64,000 nucleotides of DNA from the human T2T-CHM13v2.0 reference genome, Homo sapiens, in the NCBI GenBank assembly GCA_009914755.4, contig CP086569.2, positions 6,080,001 to 6,144,000 of the forward strand. Reading direction: 5' to 3'. Shown one piece after another: positions 40,609 to 51,839 of the stretch (within the stretch, counting starts at the first letter, position 1; each line of letters starts with the position of its first letter). The notes beneath the pieces were generated by a model that was not told where the DNA came from, did not search any database, and worked only from the letters and a program-made list of their open reading frames with translations. A program made the position numbers and the translations under genes.

Positions 40609-43003
40609 TGTTTAGAAGGAAACACTTACTCAATGGATTCCCCCCAAGGGTCACCTTCCATGAACTGGGAAACATTTAGTGTAGAAGACATTGAGCCATA
40701 CCCAATCATCCTTAGGATTATGAGGCACATGTAAGTCAGGATAGGAGTTGGCCAGGGTGGCCCCAGTTTGCACTTCAAATATTCCCTGCACGTTGGAGTA
40801 CTCCCAACTAAACACCAGGCCAAGTTGTGGACTGCTTCTGCAATTAAGGAAATGTGGGAATGCTGTTTGAAGCACCTTTTGTGTCACCTGTCTTTACATT
40901 TTTGCAGGTGAAGGTGCAGGTCCCCATCCACCCCTCATCAGGTTGTATCCTCACCCCTATCTGACCTTATTGCCATTCACACTCTATGACCCAGGATGAA
41001 ATCCCAAGATGATGGAGGAGTGAACCCTGACGACAGGAAGTACCTGCTCACCTATGAACAAAATTTGAGGTAAATTCATGGGGCCCTGTGGACAGGACTG
41101 CTAGTGTTTCTCCCTGGGATAGCCACAGGACACTGACACACTGAAGGATTTCTGTTCTTGGGTATGGTGTGCTGCAGCTCTTCTTTCTAGAGAGTGGCTT
41201 TTTTTGTTTGTTTGTTTGGAAGTCATTTGTTATGTGGACCTCAGCGTGTCACAGCCAGCCTCGCAATTCACTGTGGATTCAGAAAAATAAAGAACAGGGA
41301 GGTCTACAGCCCCAGAAGAGCCATACAGACAGGGCATGAAAATGTTGGAAGTCTCAAATAAAAGAAGCTCTGCAGTGTGTGACCCACCTCCCTTTAAACA
41401 AACTCCGCTTACTGGCCCGCGTGCACACACACACACACTAAAACACACAAAGCCAAAAAGCCACACCACACCTAGACATCCAACACTTGCAACATGCCCT
41501 CAGAAACAGAGCCTGGCAGCATCTGAGGCTGTGTGTTTGTGCAGAAGGCCCCACCTGGGAGAGAGCAACCCCGGCAAACACAGAGCGCTCTACCTAGAAA
41601 TCACAGTTGGGAAAGTTTCAGAAAGACTCAACCCTACAACTCCCAGGCAGGCCTGAGACATCCTGCAGATACTTTTGTAGCCTTAGGGACTTTGCAGTTT
41701 ATTCCTTGGGCTCTGCTTGACATTTCTGCATGCTGGCTCATGTCTGCCCTCTCCTAGGAATATGGATGTATCCTGTGGATCCCTCAGAGAAGACAGGCAA
41801 GAGTCCACCACCAAGGCACCTCTATGGAGGTCTCCTTCTTGGCCACGCAGCCAGGACTGATCTCTATGTAATGGTGACATTCATTGTGATGCTAGCCAGA
41901 GCTCATAGTCAGGCCTGGTGCCCTGAGGCGTGCATGTGCATTTGAGGGCATGCTTGCTGGCCTGGCTTTCACAGATGTTAGCCTGTGGAAGCAGAAGAAA
42001 ATGGTACACATAGAGCTGGCTCGGTATCCAGAAATAGGCTGCCTGCAATAATGCACTGCGGGACCCTACAATGCTCGAAGTTAGGGCGACTTCAAGCCGT
42101 CTCCCTGGTCAGCTCCTGCAGGAGTAGGAGGCATTCAGAGACTGAGGTGGTCGCTGAAATCTGTTCTTCTGATTCCCTTTTGGAAAGAGGCTGTGTGCAA
42201 GAATCCAGTCCCATGGGGATTGGAATGTAGTCTGGTGAGTTGAGGAGGGGTCTTTGGGTGATGGAATTATACCTGAGAAACTAGAATTGGGTGCCTATGA
42301 ATGATGGTTGGGCCCTTAACCTCACTGTCTCCCATCATTCTGGACCTCGCAGGGTCTCTCTATGAAGCACAGGAACCACAACAAAGGCAGGTCCAATAGG
42401 GAGCAGTGTTCTCAAACCTCGAACTGGCCTCTCACCAGTGCAGATGAGGTTGAGATAGTGTCTCTGAGGCCATCTGTGGCCATGGCAAGACAGAAAAGGA
42501 TGTCCAGTAGTGCTGTTGAGGGGCACTGTGGACTTCCCAGGAAAGCAAAGAAAAATCAAGGCTCGTGTGTGAGAAAAAGATGGCTTGTGCTAGAGTCTAA
42601 GCAACATTCAAAAATTCCTGTCAGAGAACTCAAAAAACTCCTGCAAAGTGCAAGCAACACATAACAAGACACTGATCCACAACCTGGAGTGCCACCAAAC
42701 CTACCCAGAGTCTGTTTTGCTCCCTGAAATCCTTGGCAGCCCATAGATCTATTGTAAGAGGCAGCCCCATCCAGCAACAGCCCAATGAAAGACCACCTCC
42801 ACAATGAGAAAGGATGTGCAGATGCAATGAAACAGAGCATAGATTACCAGGCAAAAGCCAAACACAGCTGCCTGCTTCTCATCCTACAGGACTCATGCAG
42901 CACTCCGATAAAAGTTGAAGAGCAAGAGTTTCCTTGTTGTTGGCTGTAACAGGAATTTATGGTTTCAAAATTATCACAGGGGCCAAGTCACTAAAACGTG
43001 ACA
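40609..43003 (+). repeat. Macrosatellite unit U17 (2395 bp), with a ~100 bp deletion near 40745.
   Basis: Anchor to anchor. The junction gtcaggataggagttggccagggtggcc skips the gcaagtgtggaggccacatcccacc module. Confidence 0.7.
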
Positions 43004-45352
43004 GTGTTTAGAAGGAAACACTGGGAAAACTTTATCGTGGAATACATGAACCAGATCCAGGAAACCCTAGGCTGACAAGAAATACGGAAGACAGGAAAAG
43101 AAGAGGCAAGTGTGGAGGCCACATCCCACCTTGTGTCTATCATTCTCACTTTCAATGGGAGCCGAGTATGAAAGCCCTCAAATTTGCAGTTTGCCAGGAT
43201 GGCCCCAGTTTGCACTTCAAATGTTCTCTGCATGTTGGAGTACTCCCACCTGAACACCAGGCCATAGTGTGAACTACTTGTGTAATTAAAGAAATGTGAG
43301 GATGCAGTTGGAATCACTTTCTGTGTCATCTGTCTTCACATTTTTTGCAATTGGAAGTGTGGGACCCCATCCACTTCTCACCAGATTGCATCCTTACCCC
43401 TTCTGACCTTATTGCTATTCATGTTCTCTTTCCCTAAATGAAATCCCAAGATGATCTAGGAGTTCCTTCTCAGGACGTGGAGCATCTGCTCAGCTAGGAA
43501 GCAAATTCAAGGTAAATTCAAGGGGCTGTGAGGACAGGAATGCTAGTGTTTCCTCCGGGGATGGCCATAGAACAAGGTAATACAGAGGGATGTCCTTTCT
43601 TGGATGTGGTGTGCTCCTCTTCTTTCTAGAAGAGTAGCTTTATTTGCAGGCAGAGGTGATGTGGACTTCGGTGTGTCACAGCCAGCCTCCCACTACACTT
43701 TGGATTCATGATCCAGAGCAAAATAAAAAACGTGGAGCCCTGCAGCCCAAGCAGAGCCACACAGACAGGTGAACTAAAGGTTGGGAGACAAAAAAAAAAA
43801 AGTTGCTGCAGTGCGTTAGCCACATTCCTTTAAGCAGACACAGTGCCAAAAAAGCCACACCCATAGGCAGACATCAAAGACTCAATACTTTCACAGAAAC
43901 ACACAGCTCGGCAGATTCTGAGGCTGCATGGTTCTGCAGAAAGCCTTACCTGGGAGATAACAACTCTGGGCAACACAGGCGGGTTGCACCTAAAAATCAC
44001 AGTGGGTAAAGTTTCATAAAGACTCACCTCTGCACACCTAGGCAGGCCTGAGGCACCCTTCAGATCCTTTTGGAACCTTACGGATTTCGCGGTTTATTCC
44101 TGGGGTTTGCTTGACGTATCTTCCAGCTGGCTCTTGTCTGCTCTCCCCTAGGATCGTGGGACTATCCTGTGGATCCCACAGAGAAGAGAGAGGACAGTCC
44201 ACCACTGATGCACCTCCACAGAGGTCTCCTTCTCCGCCAAACCTCACGGAATTGTGACATTCATGGTGAGGCTAGCCAGAGCTCACAGCTTAGGCCCGGT
44301 GCCCTGAGACTAACGCATGTGCATTTGTGGGTGGCTCAGCACCTGTGTGTCAGAGGAAAATGGTACAGGCAGGGCCGGCCTGGTACTGGGGAAAAAGCTG
44401 CTCCATGTGATAACCCACTGTGGAACCCTAAAAGTCTCAAACTTAGGGCCCCTTTCCGCCGTACCTGTGATCCGGTTCCACTAGAGGAGGAGGTGTTTAG
44501 ACTGAGGGGGTTGTTGAGAACTTCCTGAAAGAGGCTGTGTGCAAGATCAGGTCTCATGGGGATTGGAAGGTTGTCTGGTGAGTTGTGGAAGGTTCTTTCA
44601 GTGATAGCATCATACGTGTGACCCTACAGGTGGGTGCCAGTGAAATATGACCAGGTTCTTAACCTCACTGCCCCCACCCATCCTGAGCCTCGCAGGGGCT
44701 CTTGTTGAAAGGCAGGAACCATGACAAAGGCAAGTCCAAGGTGGAACAGTATTCTCACAGCTCTAAGTGGCCTCTCACGGTTGCAGATGAGGTTGAGACA
44801 GTGTCTCAGAGGACATCTGTGATGATTGCAATCCTGAAAAGTTTGTCAGGTAGTGCTGTTAAAGGGCACTGTGGACCCCCCATATAAGCAAAGGAAAATC
44901 AAGGCTCACAGGAGAGAACGAGCTGTCGTGTGCTGTAGTCAAAGCAACATTTAGAGATTTCTGTCAGAAGACCCAAAAGCCTCTTGCAAATTGCAAATAA
45001 TCTCAGCCCCCACAAGGAAACCATGACCCCAAACCTAAAGCACAGCCAGTCTACCCAAAGTCCCTTTTGCTCTCTGAAATCCCTGGCAGCCAATAAGTCT
45101 GTGGCAAGAGGTAGCACCATCCAGTAACAGCCCAATGAAAGAGCCCTCCACAATGAAAAAAGACCAGCAGATGAAATGAAACAGAGCCTAGCTTCCCAGG
45201 CAAAAGCCAGGTACAGCTGCCTGCTTCTCCTCCTACAGGTATCAAGCAGCTGTCTGATAAAAGCTGGATAAGAAGAGTTTCCTTCTTGGCTACTGTTACA
45301 GAAATTTATGGTTTTAAAACAATCAAAGTTGCCCAGTCATTAAAACCCAATA
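43004..45352 (+). repeat. Macrosatellite unit U18 (2349 bp).
   Basis: Anchor to anchor. Confidence 0.75.
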
Positions 45353-47796
45353 GTATTTAGAAGAAAACACTCATGAAATGGATTCCCTTGAGGGTCGTCT
45401 TCCATTAAGTGGTAAACATTTAATGTGGAATATGTACAGCCAGACCCAAGAAACCTTAGGCTGATGAGGTACATGGATGTCAGGAAAATAAGAGGTAAGT
45501 ATGGTGTCCACATCAAACCTTACATCAAATGGCCTCACTCCCATTTGGCTCCTGGTATAAAGGCCCTCAAATAGGGAGTTTGCCAGGATGGCTCCAGTTT
45601 GCACTCCAAACATTCCCTGCATATTGGGGTGCTCCCAAATGTACACCAGGCCATGGTGTGGATGGCTTGTATATTTAAGGAAATGTGGGGATGCAGTTGG
45701 AAGCACCTTCTGTAACATCTGTCATCACATTTTTTTGCAGGCGAATGTGCGGGACCCCATCCATCCCTCACCAGCTTGTATCCTCAGCTTTATCTGAAGT
45801 TAAAAGTATCTTTCCCATAATGAAATCCAAAGATGATGGAAGAGTGCCCCCTCACGGTGTGGAGGTCCTGCTTGGCTAGCAACTGAATATGAAGTAAATT
45901 CAAGGGACCCTGCGGACCGGACTGCTAGTGTTTCTAAATGGGGTGTACACTGGACAATAAAACACTGAAAGATTTCTGTTCCTGAATTTCCTGTGCTCCT
46001 CTTCTTTCTAGAAGTGTGGCTTTGTTTGTTTGTTTGTTTTGTTTTTGTGGGGGGAGGTTATTTGGACCATGGCGGGTCTCATGCCATCTCTCAATTTATG
46101 GCAGATTCATGATCTGCAGAAAAATAAAGAACACAGAACCCAGCAGCCCAAGCAGAGCCACACAGATAGGCCACAAAAAGTTTGGGAGACTCAAAAACAA
46201 AGAAGAGCTACAGTGTGTTAACCACATTTTTTAAAGCAGATTCCACTTACAGACACACACACACACACAAACACAGACAACCAACACTGGCAACACTCCC
46301 ACAGAAACACACTCCCAGCAGCTTCTGAAGCTGTGTGGTTCTGCAGGAAGTCCCACTTGGGAGAGAGCAATCCTGGGGAACACAGGCATGCTGTATGTAG
46401 AAACCACAGTGGGACAAGTTTCAAAAGACCCCCTGCAACGTCTAGGCAGGCCTGAGGCATCTGCAGACCCTTTAGCATAGTTAAGGAATTCACAGATTAT
46501 TCCTGGGGCCCTGCTTGATGCTTCTTCATGCTGGCTCACATCTGCCCTCTCCTAGGATCATGGGACTATCCCAAGGATTCAACAAAGAAGAGAGGCGAGA
46601 GTCTACCGTGAAGCATCTTCATGGAGGTCTCCTTCTCTGCCAAGACACAGGGACTTTTCACTAGGAAAAGTGTTATTCATTGTGAGGCTAACTGGAGCTC
46701 ACAGCTCAGGGGTGGTGCCCTGAGACTAGCACATGCACATTCACGAGGCAGGCTTAGGTGCTAGGCTGTCAGAGCTAAGCAAAGGAAAATGGTACAGGCA
46801 GATCCAGCCTCATATCGGGAGAAAGGCTGCCTGCGATAACCAACTGTGGGAACCTAAATATGTCAACCTTAGCACCCCTTCCATCCATCTCCTTGGTCGG
46901 GTCCCACTGGAGGAAGAGGTGTTTTCAGACTGTTAGGTTGTCATGGAAAACTGCTCTTCTGACTTCATTCCCGAAAGAGGCTATTTGTAAGAATCAGGTC
47001 CCATAGGGATGGGAATAGAGTCTGGTGAGTTGTTGAGGGGTCCTTTTATCATGGAATCATACGTGAGACTCCATAGGTGTTTGTCAGTGAAATATGGCCA
47101 AGCCCTTGTCCCCATTGCCTCTCTTCATTCTGGGCCCCCCAGGGGCTATCTGGGAAAGGCATGAACCACAACAAATGCAAGTCCAAGTTGGATCAGAGTT
47201 CTCAAACCTCAAAATGCCCTCTCACGGAGGCAGATGACGTTGAGACATTGTCTCAGAGGTCATCTGTGGCTATTGCAAGCCTGAAAATTGTGTCCTATAG
47301 TACTGTTGGGTGGCAATGGGGACACCCCATGAAAGCACAAAAAACTCACGGCTTGCCTGAGAGAAAGAGCTGACTTTTGTTGGAGTCCTAGCAACATTCA
47401 AAGACTCCTGTCGGCATACCCAAAAGCCTCCTGAGAAGTGCAAACAATGTCAGCCTCCACAACGAGACCATGATCCACAACTTGAAATGCAGCCAGCCTA
47501 CCTGAAGGCCCTTTTGCTCCCTAAAATCGCTGGCAGCCAAAAGATCTGTGGTGAGTGGCAGTTACAACCAGCAACAGCTGAAAGACCCTCTCCACAATGA
47601 GAAAGGATCTGCAGTCGAAATGAAACAGACTATAGATCACCAGGCAAAAGTCAGACATGGCTGCATGCTTCTCATCCTACAGGAATCATGCAGCCATCTG
47701 ATAGAAGAGGGAGAACAAGAATTTCCTTGTTGGTGTCAGTACTGGGAATTTATGGTTTTAAATACATTACAGATGTCCAGTCATTGAATTCTGACA
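45353..47796 (+). repeat. Macrosatellite unit U19 (2444 bp).
   Basis: Anchor to anchor. Confidence 0.75.
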
Positions 47797-48197
47797 GTGT
47801 AATCTGTCTTCACCATTTTTACAGGTGAATGTGCAGGAACCTATCTACCCCTCACAAGATCGTATCTTCACACCTGTCTGACCTTATTGCTGCTTGTACT
47901 CTCTGTCCAAGAACAAAATCCCAAGATAATGGAGGATTGTGACAAAAAGCACCTGTTCAGCTGGGAATCAAATTCCTGGTAGATTCAAGGGGCCCTGCGG
48001 ACAGGACTGAAAGTGCCTGTCCCTGGGTTTGCTGCAGAACATGAAACACTGGGAGATGTCTGTTCTAGGGTGTGGTTTGCTATTCCTCTTTCTAGAAGAG
48101 TTTTTTGTTTTGTTTTGCTTTGTTTTTTGCAGTGGTACATAATTTAATTTTGGCATGTCTAGCCAATCTCCCAATTCACTGTGGATTCATGATCCAC

Positions 48198-48221
48198 AAA
48201 AAAAGAAAGAAAGAAAGAAAG
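48198..48221 (+). repeat. (AAAG)5 microsatellite.
   Basis: aaaaaaagaaagaaagaaagaaagg. Confidence 0.8.
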
Positions 48222-48530
48222 GACATGTAATGCCACAGACCAAGAAGGGCCACACAAACAGGCCACCAAAAGTTTGACAGACTCAAAAATAAGTAGTGCT
48301 GAAGTGTAATAGCCACATTCATTTAAGCAGATTCCACTTACAGGCACACACACACACACCCACACACACAAACACAGCCACACCAACATTCGCAACACTC
48401 CCACAGAAACACACAGCCAAGCAGCTTCTGAGGCTGCATGGTTCTGCAGGAAGCTCCACCTGAAAGAGACCATCCCTAGGGAACACAGGTGGGCTGAATC
48501 TAGAAATCACAGTGGGACAAGTTTCAAAAA

Positions 48531-48544
48531 GACTAACCAATACA
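48531..48544 (+). repeat. Target-site duplication (left copy) of the L1 at 48545: gactaaccaataca.
   Basis: The identical 14-mer recurs at 49398-49411, immediately after the second poly-A. The preceding A residues may extend the TSD to ~19 bp. Confidence 0.85.
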
Positions 48545-49071
48545 GAGAAATGCAAATCAAAACCACAATGAGATACCATCTCACACCCGTTAGAATGGCA
48601 ATCATTAAAAAGTCAGGAAACAACAGTTGCTGGAGAGGATGTGGAGAAATAGGAACACTTTTACACTGTTGGTGGGACTGTAAACTAGGTCAACCATTGT
48701 GGAAGTCAGTGTGGCGATTCCTCAGGGATCTAGAACTAGAAATACCATTTGACCCAGCCATCCCATTACTGGGTATATACCCAGAGGATTATAAATCATG
48801 CTGCTATCAAGACACATGCACCTGTATGTTTAGTGCGGCATTATTCAGAATAGCAAAGACTTGGAACCAACCTAAATGTCCAACAATGATAGACTGGATT
48901 AAGAAAATGTGGCACATATACACCATGGAATACTATGCAGCCATAAAAAATGATGAGTTCATGTCCTTTGTAGGGACATGGATGAAATTGGAAATCATCA
49001 TTCTCAGTAAACTATCGCAAGAACAAAAAACCAAACACCGCATATTCTCACTCATAGGTGGGAATTGAACA
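48545..49071 (+). pseudogene. L1 ORF2 C-terminal fragment. The open frame is intact through the native stop, but it is only the last ~175 aa, so it is non-functional.
   Basis: ORF 48550-49068 is [45 protein letters not shown]...[57 protein letters not shown], with only a few substitutions relative to human L1 ORF2p. Confidence 0.88.
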
Positions 49072-49278
49072 ATGAGATCACATGGACACAGGAAGGGGAA
49101 TATCACACTCTGGGGACTGTTGTGGGGTGGGGGGAGGGGTGAGGGATAGCATCGGGAGATATACCTAATGCTAGATGACGAGTTAGTGGGTGCAGCACAC
49201 CAGCATGGCACATGTATACATATGTAACTAACCTGCATAATGTGCACATGTACCCTAAAACTTAAAGTATAAAAAAAA
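48545..49278 (+). mobile_element. LINE-1 (L1PA-like) 5'-truncated 3' fragment (~0.73 kb) with a short poly-A.
   Basis: It starts gagaaatgcaaatcaaaaccacaatgagataccatctcacacccgttagaatggcaatcattaaaaagtcaggaaacaac (L1 ORF2 3' region). It ends ...aacctgcataatgtgcacatgtaccctaaaacttaaagtat-aaaaaaaa at 49271-49278. Confidence 0.92.
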
Positions 49279-49397
49279 GTTCATATAATAATAGTTATGT
49301 AATGGACTCATGAGAATATAATAAAATTAACTGATAAATGTGCTTTATAATATCAAATATTAATTACATATATAATATAAAAACTGAGAAAAAAAAA
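49279..49397 (+). other. AT-rich ~110 bp segment plus a second poly-A between the L1 poly-A and the downstream target-site duplication. Candidate L1 3' transduction.
   Basis: gttcatataataatagttatgtaatggactcatgagaatataataaaattaactgataaatgtgctttataatatcaaatattaattacatatataatataaaaactgag, followed by aaaaaaaaa (49389-49397) and then the TSD. This sequence occurs nowhere else in the array. Confidence 0.6.
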
Positions 49398-49411
49398 GAC
49401 TAACCAATACA
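49398..49411 (+). repeat. Target-site duplication (right copy) of the L1 at 48545: gactaaccaataca.
   Basis: Perfect match to 48531-48544. The unit then continues with atgtctaag as expected. Confidence 0.85.
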
Positions 49412-50154
49412 ATGTCTAAGAAGGCTTGAGGTCTTTTGCAGATCTTTTTGGATCCTTAGGGATTTCACAGTTTATTCCTGGGGCTTTGCTTGATGTTTCT
49501 TCAGGCTGGTTTGCAGCCGGCATCAATCTATTCCACTTTCATTTGGCTATAGCAATGAAAGTCCTTAAATCAGGAGTTTTCCAGGATGGCCTCAATTTGC
49601 ACTCCAAATCTTCCTTGCACATTGGAGTACTCCCCCTTGAACAGTGGGGCATTGGTGTGAACTGGTTGTGCAATTAAGGGAATGTGGGGATGGAGTTAGA
49701 AGCACCTTCTGTATCATCTTTCATTTTTTTTTGCTGGACCGCATCTGCCCCTCACCAGATTGTATCCTCACTCCTATCTGACTTTATTGATTGTCACACT
49801 CTATGTCCTACAATGAAATCCCAAGATGATGGAGGGTGCCTTCTCACGACGTGAAGCACCTAGCTGGCTGGGAACCGAATATGAGGTAAATTCAAAAGGC
49901 CTGTGGACAAGACTGCTAGTGTGCTCCCTGGGTTTCCTGCAGGACAATGAATCTCTGGGAGAGGTTTGTCTTTTTGGTGTGGTGTGCTCCTCTTACTTCT
50001 AGAAGGGTGCCTTTTTTTGCATGGGGAGGTGATTTGGAGGCCAGCCTGTCTCTCAATTCATTTTCAATTAATGAACCACAGAAAAATAAAGAACACTGAG
50101 CCCTGCAGCCCAAGCAGAACCACACAGACAGGCCAACAAAAGGTTAGGAGACTC

Positions 50155-50172
50155 AAAAAAAAAAAAAAAAAA
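50155..50172 (+). repeat. Poly-A tract (18 nt) within a unit.
   Basis: actcaaaaaaaaaaaaaaaaaaggaagg. Homologous units have 5-14 A. Confidence 0.8.
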
Positions 50173-50264
50173 GGAAGGACTGAAGTTCATTAGCCACATT
50201 CCTTTAAGCACACTCCACTTACAGGCACACACAGACATACACATACTCACACAAACCCACAATA

Positions 50265-50288
50265 ACACACACACACACACACACACAC
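50265..50288 (+). repeat. (AC)12 microsatellite at the fixed intra-unit position.
   Basis: aataacacacacacacacacacacacacacgc. Confidence 0.85.
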
Positions 50289-51839
50289 GCAAACATCCAA
50301 CACTCGCAACTTTGTCACAGAAACACATATCCCGGCAGTTCCTGAGGCTGCATGGTTCTGCAGGAAGCCCCACCTTGGAGAGAGCAACCCTGGGGAACAC
50401 AGGTGGGATGCACCAAGAAGTCAGAGAGGGCCAAGTTTCAAAAAGAGTCACCCCTACAACATCTAGGCAGGCCTGAGGAAACCTGCAGATCCCTTTGGAT
50501 CATTACAGATTTCACAGTTTATTCCTGGGCCGGTGCTTGATGTTTCTTCAGGCTGGCTCATGTCTACACCCTCCTAGGATCATGGGACTATCTCAGGGAT
50601 CCCACAGAGAAGACAGGTGAGAGTCCACGGCCGACGCTCCCCCATGGAGGTTTCCTTCTCTGCCAAGCTGCAGGGACTTGATGCTAGGCAATGGTGAAGT
50701 TCACTGTGACACTAGCCATAGCTCACAATTAGGCCTGGTGCCCTGAGACTAGCACATGCGCTTTTGTGAGGCAGGCTTGGGCATCTGTGAGTCATAGCTG
50801 TCAGCCTGCCTAAGCAGAGGAAAATGGTACAGCCAGAGCTAGCCTGGTATCAGGAAAAAGGTAGCCTGTGAAAATCCACCGCAGGATCATAAAAGGCTCA
50901 ACTTTAGGGCCCTTTCAGTGCATCTCCACTGTCAAGTTCTGCTGGAGAAGGAGATGTTTCCAGACTGTGAGGTGGTCACTGGAAACTGCTCTTCTGATTC
51001 TATTCTTGAAAGAGACAGTGTGCAAGAATTGGGTCCCATTGGGATTGGAATATTGTCTAGTTTGTTTTTGAGGATACCTTGTGTGACGGAATCATATCTG
51101 AGACCCCCGAGGTGGGTGTCAGCAAAAGATGTCCAGGATCTTGACCTCACTTCCTCCCTTTATTCTATGCCTTACAAGGGCTCTTTGGGAAAGGCAGGAA
51201 CCAGAAAAGAGGCAAGTCCAAGGTGGAGCAGTGTTCTCACACCTCAGACAGGCCACTCAAGGGTGCAGATGAGGTTGAGACAGGGTCTCAGTGGCAGTCT
51301 GTGGTGATGGCAAGCCGAAAAAAGGTGTCCAGCGGTGCTGTTGAGGCACATTGTGGATTCCCTATGAAAACAAACAAACAAAAAATCAAGGCTCACCTGA
51401 GAGAACTGGCTGCCTTGTGCTGGAGTCCAAGCAATGTTCAATTCTTCCTGTCAGAGGACCCAACACCCTCAGGCAAAGTGCAAACCACCTCATCCCACAC
51501 AACCAGAAAACAACCCACAACCTAAAGCACAGCCAGCCTACATGAAGTCCCTTTTGCTCTCTTAAATAGCTGGCAACTAAATAATCTGTGGTGAGAGGCA
51601 GTCCCATCCAACAAAAGCCCAGTGAAAGAGACCATCCACACTGAGGAGGCCATGCAGATAAAATAAAACAGAGGCAAGGCTGCCAGGCAAAAGCTAGACA
51701 TGGCTGCCTGCTTCTCATCCTGCAGGAATCAAGCAGCCCCCTAACAGAAGTGGGAGAACAAGAGTTTCCTTGTTAGTGGCTGTAACGGGAATTCATGGTT
51801 TTAAATATGTCAAAGCTGCCAAGTCATTAAAATGTGACA

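Larger units (their letters stand above)
47797..49510 (+). repeat. Macrosatellite unit U20, rearranged. About 450 bp deleted after the anchor. An L1 sits at 48545-49397. The unit is truncated at 49510, where a deletion removes the rest of it and the first ~170 bp of the next unit.
   Basis: Junction gacagtgtaatctgtcttcaccatttttacaggtgaatg near 47797-47830. The unit resumes after the L1 at 49398. Junction ttcttcaggctggtttgcag|ccggcatcaatctattccactttcatttggc at ~49510. Confidence 0.7.
49511..51839 (+). repeat. Macrosatellite unit U21 (2329 bp, lacks the first ~170 bp).
   Basis: It starts at the catcaatcc-attccactcccatttggc module and runs to the next anchor at 51840. Confidence 0.72.
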
